From an uncultured Ruminococcus sp. (GTDB lineage Bacteria > Bacillota > Clostridia > RUG12999): 55,747 nucleotides of DNA. The notes under the pieces were generated by a model that was given only the letters and a program-made list of their open reading frames with translations, was not told where the DNA came from and did no database searches. Shown here piece after piece: positions 8,763 through 19,493 of this stretch. A program made the position numbers and the translations under genes. Within the stretch, counting starts at the first letter, position 1. The number at the start of each line of letters is the position of its first letter. Location of the stretch: the NCBI GenBank assembly GCA_902784805.1, contig CACZWD010000017.1, positions 1 through 55,747 on the forward strand, in the 5' to 3' direction.

Positions 8763-10187
8763 ATGAACGATTTTTTATTTGACATGATTGCAACGGAGCT
8801 TGAGGACGCAGTCGGTAAAGAAAACTGCTCCACAAGGACAATTGACAAAATCACTCACAGCGTTGACTATTTCTGGCTGTCAAGAATGTGGGCGGACCGT
8901 GGGCTCAGAATGCCCGAAGGTGATTTTATAGTAGCTCCCAAGGACGCGAAGGAAACCTCTGCGGTGCTTAAAATCGCGAATTACTATAAAATTCCCGTTA
9001 CCACCTGGGGCGGCGGCGGCGGTACGCAGGGCGGCGCCATACCGGTTTGCGGCGGTATTGTTCTTGACACAAAAAGAATGAACAAAATTTATGATTTCAA
9101 CGAAAAAGGTATGTACATAGAGTGCGGCACAGGCGCTATATATAAGCATATCGAGTGGGCGGCAAACGAAAGAGGCTATGCGACAATGCATTATCCGTCA
9201 TCGCTCACCTGTTCAACAGTCGGCGGTTTCCTTGCTCACAGAGGTATTGGCGTATCCTCCACAAAGTACGGCAAAATTGACGATATGGTGCTTCAGATGG
9301 AGGTTGTACTTCCAAACGGTGAAATTATCGAAACTTCACCTGCTCCCAAGCATGCCGCGGGTCCCGACCTTAATCAGATATTCATAGGCTCGGAGGGTAC
9401 TCTCGGTATTATGACAAAGGCGCAGATGAGAATTTACGACCAGCCCGAGTCAAGGCAGTTCAGAGGCTTCTTGTTCCATAATATGACAGACGCCTTTAAT
9501 GCAGGCAGAGAGCTTTTGCAGAAGTTTAAACCGTCTGTTATGAGGCTTTATGATGAAGCTGAAACGGCGTCACTTATCAAGAAAATTGTCGGCGTTGAGA
9601 AAAAAGGCGCGTTTATGAATATTGCCATTGAAGGCGTAAAAGAAATGGTAGAGCTTGAGAAGAAAATACTTCTTGAAACTTTCGCAAAATACGGCGCTGA
9701 AGATTTAGGCAGCGAGTACGGTGAGAAATGGTGGAAAGAGAAGATTACTTTCTTCTATCCCGGTCATATGATGGATATTCCGCAGTGCTTCGGAACAATG
9801 GATACAATTGCTCCTTACGATAAAATTGAAAATATCTATTGGAAAATGAAAGAAGCGATAGAAACCAACTTCCCGCAGGCTAAATTTATCGCGCATTTCT
9901 CGCATTGGTATGAATGGGGCTGTATGATTTACGACCGCTTTATTGTTGACGGAAAAGATGTGCCGAAGGACCCGCATGAGGCGCTTCGTCTTCATCAGTC
10001 AATCTGGAACTGCGGCGTAAGAACAGCTATCGCGAACGGCGGTGTCGTAAACGACCACCACGGTGTGGGAATCAAGCTTGGCAGACTTATGAAAGAGCAG
10101 TACGGACCGGCAATGCAGGTATTTGAAGGTATAAAGAAACAGCTTGACCCGAACGGCATACTTAATCCGTTTAAACTCGGACTTTAA
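8763..10187 (+). CDS. FAD-binding oxidoreductase, alkyl-DHAP-synthase/YgcU-like (VAO/PCMH family)
   Basis: WGGGGGTQGG, STVGG, GPDLNQIFIGSEGTLGI, HFSHWY, DHHGVG and LDPNGILNP motifs. AAGGAG RBS before ATG 8763. Confidence 0.9.
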   Translation: MNDFLFDMIATELEDAVGKENCSTRTIDKITHSVDYFWLSRMWADRGLRMPEGDFIVAPKDAKETSAVLKIANYYKIPVTTWGGGGGTQGGAIPVCGGIVLDTKRMNKIYDFNEKGMYIECGTGAIYKHIEWAANERGYATMHYPSSLTCSTVGGFLAHRGIGVSSTKYGKIDDMVLQMEVVLPNGEIIETSPAPKHAAGPDLNQIFIGSEGTLGIMTKAQMRIYDQPESRQFRGFLFHNMTDAFNAGRELLQKFKPSVMRLYDEAETASLIKKIVGVEKKGAFMNIAIEGVKEMVELEKKILLETFAKYGAEDLGSEYGEKWWKEKITFFYPGHMMDIPQCFGTMDTIAPYDKIENIYWKMKEAIETNFPQAKFIAHFSHWYEWGCMIYDRFIVDGKDVPKDPHEALRLHQSIWNCGVRTAIANGGVVNDHHGVGIKLGRLMKEQYGPAMQVFEGIKKQLDPNGILNPFKLGL

Positions 10188-10217
10188 AAATAAGCGAAAC
10201 AGAAAGGAACGATAAAA

Positions 10218-11306
10218 ATGCAATTTTCACAGAAAAGTAAAGAACATATGGACTCCTGCCGTTTTTGCTGGATGTGCCGTCACATATGCCCGATAGGCAA
10301 CGCGACAGGTCTTGAAAGGAACACCGCAAGAGCGAGAGCGCTCGGACTTTCGCTTGTGGCGAGAGATGCGGTTGAATATTCGGAGGATATTATAAATAAC
10401 GTTTATGAGTGTGCTCTTTGCGGAGCTTGCGTTAAAGAGTGCGTAACGGGATGGGACCCCGTAATGTTCGTAAAAGAGGCAAGACTCGGCGCGGCGCTTG
10501 ACGGAAAGCTTCCGGATTACATACTTAAACTTATAGAAAATTTACAGAAAAAAGGCAATATTTACGGCGCAAAACAAAATGCGAAGATTAAAAAAGCCGC
10601 AAAAGAGCTTGGCGCGGCCGATACCCTTTTGTTTTTGGGAGAGGACGCCTTATATAAAGCTCCGGAGTGCGCTTTAAAAGCCATTGAGCTTTTAAAGAAG
10701 GCAGGCATAAGCTTTACCGTGCTTGAAAACGAGCCGTCGAGCGGATATTCAATGGATTTCATGGTAGGAGCGGCAGCCGAAACAAAGTCGGTTATGGAAA
10801 AATGTGCGTCCGAAATCTCAAAATATAAAAAGGTAATCTGCTATGACCCCGCCGACGCAAAGGTTATGAAAAGAGAATATAAAGAGTGGGGCATTAAGCT
10901 TAAAGCCAAGGTTGTGACATTTACCGAATTTTTGGCAGAAAGTATAAAATCGGGTAAGATAAAAGTTAAAAAGAGCAAGCTTACGTTTACTCCGCAGGAT
11001 ACTTTCCTTTTGGCGCGTGACCTTGAGGAAACGGAGCCGATGCGCAAAGTTCTTTCCGCATGCGGAAACTTGCGCGAAATGCTGTTAAACCGCAAAGACA
11101 CCATGCTTGCGGGCAACCTTATAATGAATGAATATATGCCCGATGTTATGGAAAGAGTTGCGCAGGACAGATGGATAAACGCTGTAAATATGAACACGGA
11201 AAATCTTGTTACGGCTTGCCCGGCGGAATATGTGCTTCTTAAAAAGACAAAGCCCGAAAAGGTGAATATTTTGTCACTTGAAGAAGCTGTACTCAAATGT
11301 TTATAA
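10218..11306 (+). CDS. Fe-S oxidoreductase (GlpC/GlcF-like)
   Basis: CRFCWMCRHICP and CALCGACVKEC ferredoxin motifs. Degenerate CCG-type C-terminal domains. Confidence 0.88.
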   Translation: MQFSQKSKEHMDSCRFCWMCRHICPIGNATGLERNTARARALGLSLVARDAVEYSEDIINNVYECALCGACVKECVTGWDPVMFVKEARLGAALDGKLPDYILKLIENLQKKGNIYGAKQNAKIKKAAKELGAADTLLFLGEDALYKAPECALKAIELLKKAGISFTVLENEPSSGYSMDFMVGAAAETKSVMEKCASEISKYKKVICYDPADAKVMKREYKEWGIKLKAKVVTFTEFLAESIKSGKIKVKKSKLTFTPQDTFLLARDLEETEPMRKVLSACGNLREMLLNRKDTMLAGNLIMNEYMPDVMERVAQDRWINAVNMNTENLVTACPAEYVLLKKTKPEKVNILSLEEAVLKCL

Positions 11307-11312
11307 AAAAAT

Positions 11313-11341
11313 TTGATAAATGATATTTTTTGTGGTATAAT
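11313..11341 (+). promoter_or_regulatory. Internal sigma-A promoter for iolB-DUF4867-kinase-etf
   Basis: TTGATA, 17 nt, TATAAT with an extended TG. Confidence 0.65.
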
Positions 11342-11373
11342 TAAGCTTATATTATAAAAGGAGCGAAAAGTAA

Positions 11374-12159
11374 ATGTTTAAAAGAGCATGGAATAAAAAA
11401 TTCGGAAAATCCGAAATCTATACGTTTGCCGACAGTTATTGTCAGAAGGTTGAAATGGATATGTTAAGGCTTGCGGAGGGCGATGCAAAGTCTTACAGAG
11501 AAGAAGGAAAAGAATATGCGCTTGTAATTTTAGGAGGAAAATGCACAGTTAAAGGCGAAGGCTTTGAATTTAAAAACGCCGGAAAAAGAAAAGACGTTTT
11601 TGACGGTCCGGCAACCTGCATATATGTTCCTTGCAACAAGCCTTTCAGCATTACAGCCGAAACGGAGGTAAGTATTGCGGTTTGCAAATCTCCTTCCGAT
11701 AAGGACTATGAGCCGAAAATAATAAATCCCGAAGATGTTATAATAAAAAATCTCGGAAAGCCCGGCTGGGAGCGTGAAGCTCATTTCATACTCGATGAGA
11801 GAACGGATGCTAATATGCTCTACATAGGCGAAGCTTTTGTTAAGGGCGGTCAGTGGGCAAGCTATCCGCCGCATAAGCATGATGATGACAATATGCCGAC
11901 AGAAGCCGCAACAGAGGAAATTTACTACTATGAGTTTAAAAAGCCGCAGGGCTTCGGTATCCAGAAGGTATATACCATGGAAGGTGATATTGACGAAACC
12001 TACACCGTAAAATCGGGTGATTTTGTTGAGATTCCGAGAGGATATCACCCATTCCATGCCGCTCCGGGCTATGACAACTATTATCTTTGGATAATGGCGG
12101 GCGAGGACAGAGGCTTCTTTATGACAACCGATGAGGAGCACGCGTGGCTTAACGGCTGA
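11374..12159 (+). CDS. iolB: 5-deoxy-glucuronate isomerase (IolB/KduI family)
   Basis: W.SYPPHKHD, EEIYYY, PRGYHP and YYLWIMAG motifs. Confidence 0.9.
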   Translation: MFKRAWNKKFGKSEIYTFADSYCQKVEMDMLRLAEGDAKSYREEGKEYALVILGGKCTVKGEGFEFKNAGKRKDVFDGPATCIYVPCNKPFSITAETEVSIAVCKSPSDKDYEPKIINPEDVIIKNLGKPGWEREAHFILDERTDANMLYIGEAFVKGGQWASYPPHKHDDDNMPTEAATEEIYYYEFKKPQGFGIQKVYTMEGDIDETYTVKSGDFVEIPRGYHPFHAAPGYDNYYLWIMAGEDRGFFMTTDEEHAWLNG

Positions 12160-12190
12160 AGCGAAAATCTTACTCTGTGAAGGTGAAAAA

Positions 12191-12802
12191 ATGGTAATAT
12201 ACAAAGTAAATGATAAGGAATTTGAGCAGTTCGGCAGAGTTCTTGATATTGACACAAAAGAAATAATTGAAACGGCAGAGAAAATTGAGCTTCCTGAAGA
12301 AGGTTCGCTTTACACGGCGTCGCGGGAGGATTTTGAAAATCTTCCCGTGGCACGCACGGTACGGGAAGAATGTTTCGGAGAGCTGCCTGTTCAGCTCGGA
12401 TATTGTTACGGCCATAATGATACGCTGAACGCACTTGAGTGGCATAAGTGTTCGGAAGTTAATATTGCCGTTACGGATTTAATACTGCTTCTCGGTGATG
12501 TCCGTGATATTGAAAGCGGAAACAAATATAATTCCGAGAAAATAAAAGCCTTTAAGGTTCTTAAGGGCGAAGCAATAGAGGTATATTCCACAACGCTTCA
12601 TTTTTGTCCTCTTGAAACAGAAAAAAGCGGTTTCGGTTGTGTTGTAGGTCTTGTTAAAGGAACAAATACTCCGCTTGATTTTGAACCGTATGACAGGCTG
12701 CTTTTCCGAAAGAATAAGTGGCTGCTTGCTCACCGTGAAAACAAGGCGCTTATCGAAAAAGGCGTTGTAAGCGGAATTTACGGGACAAATATAAAATTAT
12801 AA
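12191..12802 (+). CDS. DUF4867 family cupin-like protein
   Basis: GYCYGHN..LNALEWHKCSEVN, YSTTLHFCP, GTN and KNKWLLAH motifs. Confidence 0.85.
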   Translation: MVIYKVNDKEFEQFGRVLDIDTKEIIETAEKIELPEEGSLYTASREDFENLPVARTVREECFGELPVQLGYCYGHNDTLNALEWHKCSEVNIAVTDLILLLGDVRDIESGNKYNSEKIKAFKVLKGEAIEVYSTTLHFCPLETEKSGFGCVVGLVKGTNTPLDFEPYDRLLFRKNKWLLAHRENKALIEKGVVSGIYGTNIKL

Positions 12803-12820
12803 GATTTGCGGAGGGACAGC

Positions 12821-14293
12821 ATGAAATATTTACTTGGTATTGATTTCGGCGGCGGCGCGTCAAAAGCGACTTTGCTTTCATCGGAGGGCGAAGTGTGCGC
12901 TACGCACACTACCGAATATCCGACATATTATCCGGAGCCCGGCTATGCGGAGCAGCTTCCGTCCGACTGGGTAAAGGCAACCGTGGAAAATATTTCGGGC
13001 ATATTGTCGGAAAGCGGAGTGAATCCCGAAGATATAATTGCCGTTTCACTTGATGCCGCGACTCATACAGCGGTTATTACGGACGAGAATTTTAATGTTA
13101 TTCGTCCCGCGATATATTGGACCGATACAAGAAGCACGAAGGAAGTCCGCTTTTTAAAAGAAAATTACGGTGAAATTATAGAAAAGCAGGTGCTTCATAA
13201 GCCGGATACAATCTGGTCACTGCCGGAGCTTTTGTGGATAAAAAATAACGAGCCGGAAAACTGGAGCAAGGTACGGAAAATTCTTTTTGCTAAGGATTAT
13301 GTACGCCATACGCTGACAGGCGACTATGTTACGGATTACATAGAAGCCGAAGGCAGTATGATGTTTGATATAGAGAAAATGTGTTGGAGCGAGGAGCTTT
13401 GCGGCGTGCTTGAAATAAGTACGGATATTATGCCGAAGCTTGTAAAACCTACCGATACCATCGGCAGTATAACGGCGGAAGCGGCAAAGCTTACAGGGCT
13501 TAAAGAAGGTACAAAAGTTATTTGCGGCACTACCGATACGGTTATGGAGGTCTTTGCTTCGGGAGCGGTATCAAAAGGACAGATGACAATTAAGCTTGCA
13601 ACAGCGGGAAGAATTTGCGTTATAACCGATAAGCCTTATCCCGATATTAACCTTATAAATTATTCTCATATTGAAGACGGCCTTTTTTATCCCGGTACGG
13701 CAACAAAATCCTGTGCCGCTTCATACAGATGGTTCAGGGATACCTTTGGCGGTGATTATTCGGAGCTTGACAGCGGCGCCGAAAATGTGCCGATAGGCTC
13801 TGACGGGCTTATTTTTCATCCGTATTTAAACGGTGAGCTTACGCCTTACGCAAACCCGAAGCTTTGCGCTGATTTTGTAGGAGTCCGCGCGTTTCATACA
13901 AAGGCGCATTTTACAAGAGCGGTGCTTGAGGGGGTTGTTATGTCGATGCTTGACTGCAAAACGGCGCTCGACAGCCTTAATATCGAGCATTCGGACCGTG
14001 CGGCAATTATAGGCGGCGGCGGAAAAAGCCCGCTTTGGAGGCAGATGCTTTCGGACGCTCTCGGTTTTAAGCTTGTCACGATGAAATATGCCGATTCTTC
14101 TTTTGGCAGCGCAATGCTTGCCGGTGTTGCAGCAGGCGTATTTGAAAGCCCGGAGAAGGCAGTTGAAAAATGTAATAAGGTTGTAAGCGAAACCTTGCCA
14201 AACCTTGAAAATACCGAAAAATACAAGGAGCTGTTTAAAAAATATAAAGCAGTTCAAAAAGCGCTTGAACCGATATATGAGGGTAGATACTAA
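12821..14293 (+). CDS. FGGY-family carbohydrate kinase (xylulokinase-like)
   Basis: LGIDFGG, AEQ.P.DW, PYLNGELTP, RAVLEGV and GGGGKSPLWRQ motifs. Confidence 0.93.
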   Translation: MKYLLGIDFGGGASKATLLSSEGEVCATHTTEYPTYYPEPGYAEQLPSDWVKATVENISGILSESGVNPEDIIAVSLDAATHTAVITDENFNVIRPAIYWTDTRSTKEVRFLKENYGEIIEKQVLHKPDTIWSLPELLWIKNNEPENWSKVRKILFAKDYVRHTLTGDYVTDYIEAEGSMMFDIEKMCWSEELCGVLEISTDIMPKLVKPTDTIGSITAEAAKLTGLKEGTKVICGTTDTVMEVFASGAVSKGQMTIKLATAGRICVITDKPYPDINLINYSHIEDGLFYPGTATKSCAASYRWFRDTFGGDYSELDSGAENVPIGSDGLIFHPYLNGELTPYANPKLCADFVGVRAFHTKAHFTRAVLEGVVMSMLDCKTALDSLNIEHSDRAAIIGGGGKSPLWRQMLSDALGFKLVTMKYADSSFGSAMLAGVAAGVFESPEKAVEKCNKVVSETLPNLENTEKYKELFKKYKAVQKALEPIYEGRY

Positions 14294-15646
14294 ATGAAAA
14301 TATTAGTCTGCGTTAAGGTTATAAAGGGCGAAATAAATGTGTTTGACGAATCGGCGCTTGAATGTGCGCTTAAAATGTCGGACGATGTAACAGTTATATC
14401 AATGGGTCCGAAATCCTGCGAAAACGCGCTTTTGCCGCTTACAAGGCTCGGCGCGAAGGTAAAGCTCATAAGCGACAGCGTTTTTGCCGGTTCCGATACG
14501 CTTGCGACCGCGTATGTTTTGTCCGAAGCGTTAAAGAAAGAAAGCTTTGACCTTATTTTATGCGGCAGACAGAGTACCGACGGCGACACGGCGCAGGTCG
14601 GCCCGATGCTTTCGGAAATGCTGGGCTTGCCGCTTATAACAAACGCTTTTGAAATAAAAGCAGAGAAGAAAAGCGTAACCGCGAAAACGCGTCTGGGAGA
14701 GGAAAAAGCGAAGCTTCCGGCGCTCGTAACGCTTGAACGCGGATACATTTTACGTTTTCCGAGTATTTTTTCAAAACTCACCGCGGTTGAAATTATTGAT
14801 AACAGCACGCTTTTGTGTGATACGGAAAAATGCGGGCTTAAAGGCTCGCCTACAAGAGTGCTTAAAACTTTTGAAAATGACCGCGGCAGAAGAAAATGCA
14901 AATTCATAAGCCGCGATGAGTTGATTCCTCTTATAGAGGAGCTTAAAAAGAAGGAAAGAGCGGCAGAAAGCACGAACGAAAGTGAAATTAAGCTGAAAAG
15001 CGTCTGGGCAGTTGGTGAAAAGGTGCTTGAAAAAGCAAGAGAAATAGCGGACGAAGTTGTTTTGATTGAGGAGCAAAATCCGAGAAAGATAGCACAGCGC
15101 GCCATAAGAGAAAAGCCAAGTGTGATTTTATGGAATGCCGACCTTACGGGCAGAAAAAACGCGCCGATTGCGGCAGCAATTCTTAAAACGGGGCTTTGTG
15201 CCGACTGTACGGCGCTTGAAACGGACGGTGAGCTGCTTTATATGTATCGCCCCGCGCAGGGCGGAAACATAATCGCGAAAATAAAATGCCTCAGTCTGCC
15301 TCAAATGGCGACTGTCAGAACAAAGTCGGAAAGTGCCGATATTATTGTTTCGGGAGGCAGAGGAGCCGCGGAAAGCCTCGATAAGCTGTGGGCTTTCGCG
15401 GAGAAAATCGGCGGCGAACGCGGCGCGTCGAGAGGACTTGTCGATTTGGGCAAAATGCCTTATGAAACGCAAATAGGCTTAACGGGTAAAACCGTAAGCC
15501 CAAAAATATACATTGCGGTCGGAATATCCGGCGCGGTGCATCACACCTGCGCCATAGAGGGAGCCGAAACGATTATTGCGGTCAATCCCGATAAGGACGC
15601 GCGTATTTTTGATTATGCCGATTACGGCATTACAGAAAAATGGTAA
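14294..15646 (+). CDS. Fused electron transfer flavoprotein beta-alpha subunits
   Basis: N-terminal EtfB (MKILVCVK, FAGSDTLATA, GRQSTDGDTAQVG) and C-terminal EtfA (GLCADCT, VSGGRG, QIGLTGKTV.P, GISGAVHH, IFDYADYG) in one ORF. Confidence 0.9.
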   Translation: MKILVCVKVIKGEINVFDESALECALKMSDDVTVISMGPKSCENALLPLTRLGAKVKLISDSVFAGSDTLATAYVLSEALKKESFDLILCGRQSTDGDTAQVGPMLSEMLGLPLITNAFEIKAEKKSVTAKTRLGEEKAKLPALVTLERGYILRFPSIFSKLTAVEIIDNSTLLCDTEKCGLKGSPTRVLKTFENDRGRRKCKFISRDELIPLIEELKKKERAAESTNESEIKLKSVWAVGEKVLEKAREIADEVVLIEEQNPRKIAQRAIREKPSVILWNADLTGRKNAPIAAAILKTGLCADCTALETDGELLYMYRPAQGGNIIAKIKCLSLPQMATVRTKSESADIIVSGGRGAAESLDKLWAFAEKIGGERGASRGLVDLGKMPYETQIGLTGKTVSPKIYIAVGISGAVHHTCAIEGAETIIAVNPDKDARIFDYADYGITEKW

Positions 15647-15648
15647 AA

Positions 15649-16284
15649 TTATGAATTGTGTTTTGCCTTAATGTTTTCGGCTATCATCATATCCTTAACT
15701 TTCATAAGCCTTATCTGATTTGCACGCTCGTTTTCGGACAGCTTCATAGTAATATATTTAATATCTGCCTGCGCCTGCGGAATAGTAACGTGCTCAAGCG
15801 CGTTTACACGCCGGCGCGTTTTTTCTATTTCGTCCGCCATAAGCCGGCAGGCATGTTCCTTGCCCGCAAGCTCAAGCATTTCCGGGATAATATCGCAAAG
15901 CTCGCGGGTTGCCGTATCGAGTGACGACGCCGTAAACGCGTAGCCGTAAGAAGGAACGCTGTTGTAGCTTTTCATTTTCAGAGAAGGAATGTCAACGCTC
16001 ATAATGTTTTTTATTTCAGCGTCAACGGTAAGCTCGTATTTTGGGGCAGCAAGCGCTGTACTCACCGCTTCCTCGGACATTTCCGCCTGTGCGGCGGCAA
16101 AAGCCTTTCCCGATAATTCAAGCTTTTTTTCAACTTTTTCACGAAGGCTGATACACTCGTTAATCATTTCAAGAAACTGGCGCATAAGCTCGTCTCTTTT
16201 ATCTTTTAAAAGTTTATGACCGCGCATGGCGGTAATAAGCTTCTTTTTTGTTTTGGTAAGCTCCATTCTGGTTGGAGTAATCAT
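15649..16284 (-). CDS. ntpD: V/A-type ATPase subunit D
   Basis: PTRMEL, GHKLLKDKRDELM and EIEKTRRRVNALEH motifs. Confidence 0.97.
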   Translation of the reverse strand: MITPTRMELTKTKKKLITAMRGHKLLKDKRDELMRQFLEMINECISLREKVEKKLELSGKAFAAAQAEMSEEAVSTALAAPKYELTVDAEIKNIMSVDIPSLKMKSYNSVPSYGYAFTASSLDTATRELCDIIPEMLELAGKEHACRLMADEIEKTRRRVNALEHVTIPQAQADIKYITMKLSENERANQIRLMKVKDMMIAENIKAKHNS

Positions 16285-16329
16285 TTTTGTAAGCCCGCCT
16301 TTCTGCCAAAGTTTTCGCGCGGATATAGC

Positions 16330-17700
16330 CTACGCTTCATAATACATATCAAGATATTTGTCATCAATACGTTTAAGCTCGCTTCTCGGTAACATACGAA
16401 GAAGCTTCCAGCCTGTTTCAAGTGTTTGCTCAATGCTTCTGTCAGACGAAAATCCCTGCGAAACATATTCTTTTTCAAAGGCATCGGCAAATTTAGCGTA
16501 TAATATATCAAGTTCCGAAAGGGCAGCCTCGCCGAGAATTGTCATAAGCTCTTTTGCGTCTTTGCCTCTTGCGTAAGCCGAAAAAAGCTGGTTCATGGTG
16601 TTGGAATGGTCGGCACGTGTTTTACCCTCGCCAATACCCTTATCTTTAAGCCTTGAAAGTGACGGAAGTACGTCGATAGGGGGCATAATGCCTTTTCTGT
16701 ACAGCTCACGGCTTAAAATTATCTGTCCCTCGGTAATGTAACCCGTAAGGTCGGGAATGGGGTGAGTTTTATCGTCTTCGGGCATTGTAAGCACGGGAAT
16801 CATTGTTATTGAGCCGTTTTTGCCTGTTTGTCTGCCCGCGCGCTCGTAAAGAGTCGCAAGGTCGGTGTACATATAGCCGGGATAACCCCTTCTTCCGGGG
16901 ACTTCTTTTCTCGCCGCGCTTATTTCACGAAGCGCGTCGGCGTAGTTTGTTATATCGGTTATAATAACAAGCACGTGCATGTTTTTTTCAAAAGCAAGAT
17001 ATTCTGCGGCGGTGAGCGCCATACGGGGAGTTGCTATACGCTCGACGGCAGGGTCGTTTGCAAGATTGATGAAAAGCACCGTTCTGTCAATCGCGCCTGT
17101 ATCTTTAAAGCTCTTTATAAAATAATCGGATTCCTCAAAGGTTATACCGACAGCCGCAAAAACAACGGCAAACTCATCATCGGTGCCTCTGACCTTTGCC
17201 TGCGCCGCGATTTGAGCTGCAAGCTCCGCGTGCGGAAGACCGGAAGCTGAAAAAACAGGAAGCTTCTGACCTCTTACAAGAGTATTAAGCCCGTCAATAG
17301 CGGATATACCCGTTTCTATAAACTCTGACGGATACGCTCTCGCCGCGGGGTTCATGGGAAGACCGTTTATATCAACTCTTTTATCGGGTATTATAGCGGG
17401 TTTGCCGTCAATAGGATTACCGAGACCATCAAAAATACGTCCCAGCATATCTTCAGATACACCAAGCTCCATACTGTGACCTAAAAAATGTACCGCCGAG
17501 CCCGAAAGATTTATGCCGGCTGAATTTTCAAAAAGCTGAACAAGAGCATTGCTGCCGTCAATTTCAAGGACCTTGCATCGGCGGGTTTCGCCGTTTGAAA
17601 GCTTAATTTCACCAAGCTCATCGTAGGCGATATCCTCAACGCCCGTAACAGTCATAAGCGGGCCCGCAACCTCTTTTATTGTTCTGTATTCCTTGGGCAT
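16330..17700 (-). CDS. ntpB: V/A-type ATPase subunit B
   Basis: [39 protein letters not shown] and [16 protein letters not shown] motifs. Confidence 0.98.
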   Translation of the reverse strand: MPKEYRTIKEVAGPLMTVTGVEDIAYDELGEIKLSNGETRRCKVLEIDGSNALVQLFENSAGINLSGSAVHFLGHSMELGVSEDMLGRIFDGLGNPIDGKPAIIPDKRVDINGLPMNPAARAYPSEFIETGISAIDGLNTLVRGQKLPVFSASGLPHAELAAQIAAQAKVRGTDDEFAVVFAAVGITFEESDYFIKSFKDTGAIDRTVLFINLANDPAVERIATPRMALTAAEYLAFEKNMHVLVIITDITNYADALREISAARKEVPGRRGYPGYMYTDLATLYERAGRQTGKNGSITMIPVLTMPEDDKTHPIPDLTGYITEGQIILSRELYRKGIMPPIDVLPSLSRLKDKGIGEGKTRADHSNTMNQLFSAYARGKDAKELMTILGEAALSELDILYAKFADAFEKEYVSQGFSSDRSIEQTLETGWKLLRMLPRSELKRIDDKYLDMYYEA

Positions 17701-19454
17701 CAGTTTTCGCCTCCTTCTTTAAGCGCCGAAATTTCTGTAATAATTTCAGCGGATATAGCTTCATAATCCTCTTTTGTTTTTTGTGTATATTTATAACGAC
17801 CGATTTTTTCTCGTACCGGCAGCTTTAAAAGCTCGTCAATTTTTACACCTTTTGAAAGAGCTTCCTCCGAATTTTTATGAAATTCAAGAATAAGCTTCAT
17901 CATATAAAGCTGTTTTTCAAGAGGAGTATAGGTATCTACCTCATGGAAGGAGTTCTGATGAAGGAAATCCTCACGCACAGAACGCGCCGTTTCCATTTTA
18001 AGCCTGTCGGAAGCGCCGAGAGCGTCCATACCGACCATTTTTACAATTTCGTCAAGCTCGGCTTCCTGCTGCAAAAGAAGCATCATTTCCTGACGAAGCT
18101 TCATCCAATCCTCAGAAACATTTTTCTTAAACCAATCCGTCAGACCTGTAAGGTAAAGTGAATAACTGTTAAGCCAGTTTATTGCCGGGAAATGACGTTT
18201 GTAAGCAAGCGCCGCGTCAAGCCCCCAGAACACTTTTACAATACGAAGGGTTGCCTGTGAAACAGGCTCGGAAATATCTCCGCCCGGAGGCGAAACCGCG
18301 CCGATAACGGAAAGCGCGCCTGTTTTTTCCTCGCTGCCGAGGACACTTACCATACCCGCGCGTTCATAAAACTGCGCAAGGCGGCTGCCAAGATACGCGG
18401 GATAGCCCTCCTCGCCGGGCATTTCCTCGAGACGGCCCGACATTTCACGCAGCGCTTCTGCCCATCGGGAGGTGGAATCCGCCATGAGAGCGACGCTGTA
18501 GCCCATGTCACGGAAATATTCCGCGATTGTAATACCTGTGTATATTGAAGCTTCTCTTGCCGCAACGGGCATATCGGAGGTGTTTGCAATTAAAACGGTT
18601 CTCTGCATAAGCGAAGCCCCTGTTTTCGGGTCTTTAAGCTCGGGAAATTCGTTTAGAACGTCCGTCATTTCGTTTCCGCGTTCTCCGCAGCCGATATACA
18701 CAACAATATCAGCCTCCGCCCATTTGGCAAGCTGATGCTGAATTACCGTTTTCCCGCTTCCGAAAGGACCGGGAACGGCTGCGACACCGCCCTTTGCAAT
18801 CGGGAAAAAAGTATCAACAACACGCTGCCCTGTAATAAGCGGAATATTAAGAGAAAGCTTTTTTTTGTAAGGACGACCTTTTCTTACAGGCCATTTTTGC
18901 ATAAGAGAAATTTCTTTCTCTCCGTTTTCCGTTTCAATTACGGCAACTGTTTCCGTAACGGTAAAATCACCGCTTTTTATGTCCTTAATCTTGCCGCTTA
19001 TTTCCGGAGGAACCATAATGCTTTGCGTTACGACTTCGGTTTCTTTGACTGTACCGAGAACATCGCCGGCCTGCACAGTATCGCCGATATTTACCTGCGG
19101 AACAAAAGACCATTTTATATTTCTGTCAAGGCTGTCAACCTCAACGCCGCGCGCAAGATTGTTGCCGCTTACCTCCATTATTTTTTTGAGAGGTCTTTGA
19201 ATACCGTCATATATACCGCCAATAAGACCGGGACCAAGCTCAACCGAAAGCGCCGCTCCTGTGGTTTCAACAGGCTCGCCCGGTTTAAGACCGGAGGTTT
19301 CCTCATATACCTGAATTGACGCGGAGCCGCCGTGCATCTCAATAATTTCGCCTATAAGATGCTCGTTGCTTACTCTTACCACGTCAAACATATTGGCATC
19401 CTGCATATCGTCCGCAATAATAAGCGGACCCGCAATTTTTCTGATTTTTCCCAT
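17700..19454 (-). CDS. ntpA: V/A-type ATPase subunit A
   Basis: Walker [18 protein letters not shown] and [12 protein letters not shown] motifs. Confidence 0.98.
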   Translation of the reverse strand: MGKIRKIAGPLIIADDMQDANMFDVVRVSNEHLIGEIIEMHGGSASIQVYEETSGLKPGEPVETTGAALSVELGPGLIGGIYDGIQRPLKKIMEVSGNNLARGVEVDSLDRNIKWSFVPQVNIGDTVQAGDVLGTVKETEVVTQSIMVPPEISGKIKDIKSGDFTVTETVAVIETENGEKEISLMQKWPVRKGRPYKKKLSLNIPLITGQRVVDTFFPIAKGGVAAVPGPFGSGKTVIQHQLAKWAEADIVVYIGCGERGNEMTDVLNEFPELKDPKTGASLMQRTVLIANTSDMPVAAREASIYTGITIAEYFRDMGYSVALMADSTSRWAEALREMSGRLEEMPGEEGYPAYLGSRLAQFYERAGMVSVLGSEEKTGALSVIGAVSPPGGDISEPVSQATLRIVKVFWGLDAALAYKRHFPAINWLNSYSLYLTGLTDWFKKNVSEDWMKLRQEMMLLLQQEAELDEIVKMVGMDALGASDRLKMETARSVREDFLHQNSFHEVDTYTPLEKQLYMMKLILEFHKNSEEALSKGVKIDELLKLPVREKIGRYKYTQKTKEDYEAISAEIITEISALKEGGEN

Positions 19455-19493
19455 ATTTACATGTCCCTTTCTGATTTTTTATTGGAACGTTTT

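Noticed and set aside
8763-10187. Ether-lipid synthesis by a true alkyl-DHAP synthase
   Set aside because: The context (sugar kinase, RpiR, ETF, Fe-S partner, no acyltransferase or acyl-CoA reductase) points to catabolic oxidation. Not formally excluded.
11374-12159. Complete myo-inositol catabolism operon
   Set aside because: Only an IolB homolog is present. iolC, iolD, iolE, iolG and iolJ are absent from the window.
14290-15105. Long antisense ORFs (e.g. 14290-15105, 47424-48188, 11530-12255, 1297-1944)
   Set aside because: They are shadows of well-supported genes on the opposite strand, with no motifs or RBS.
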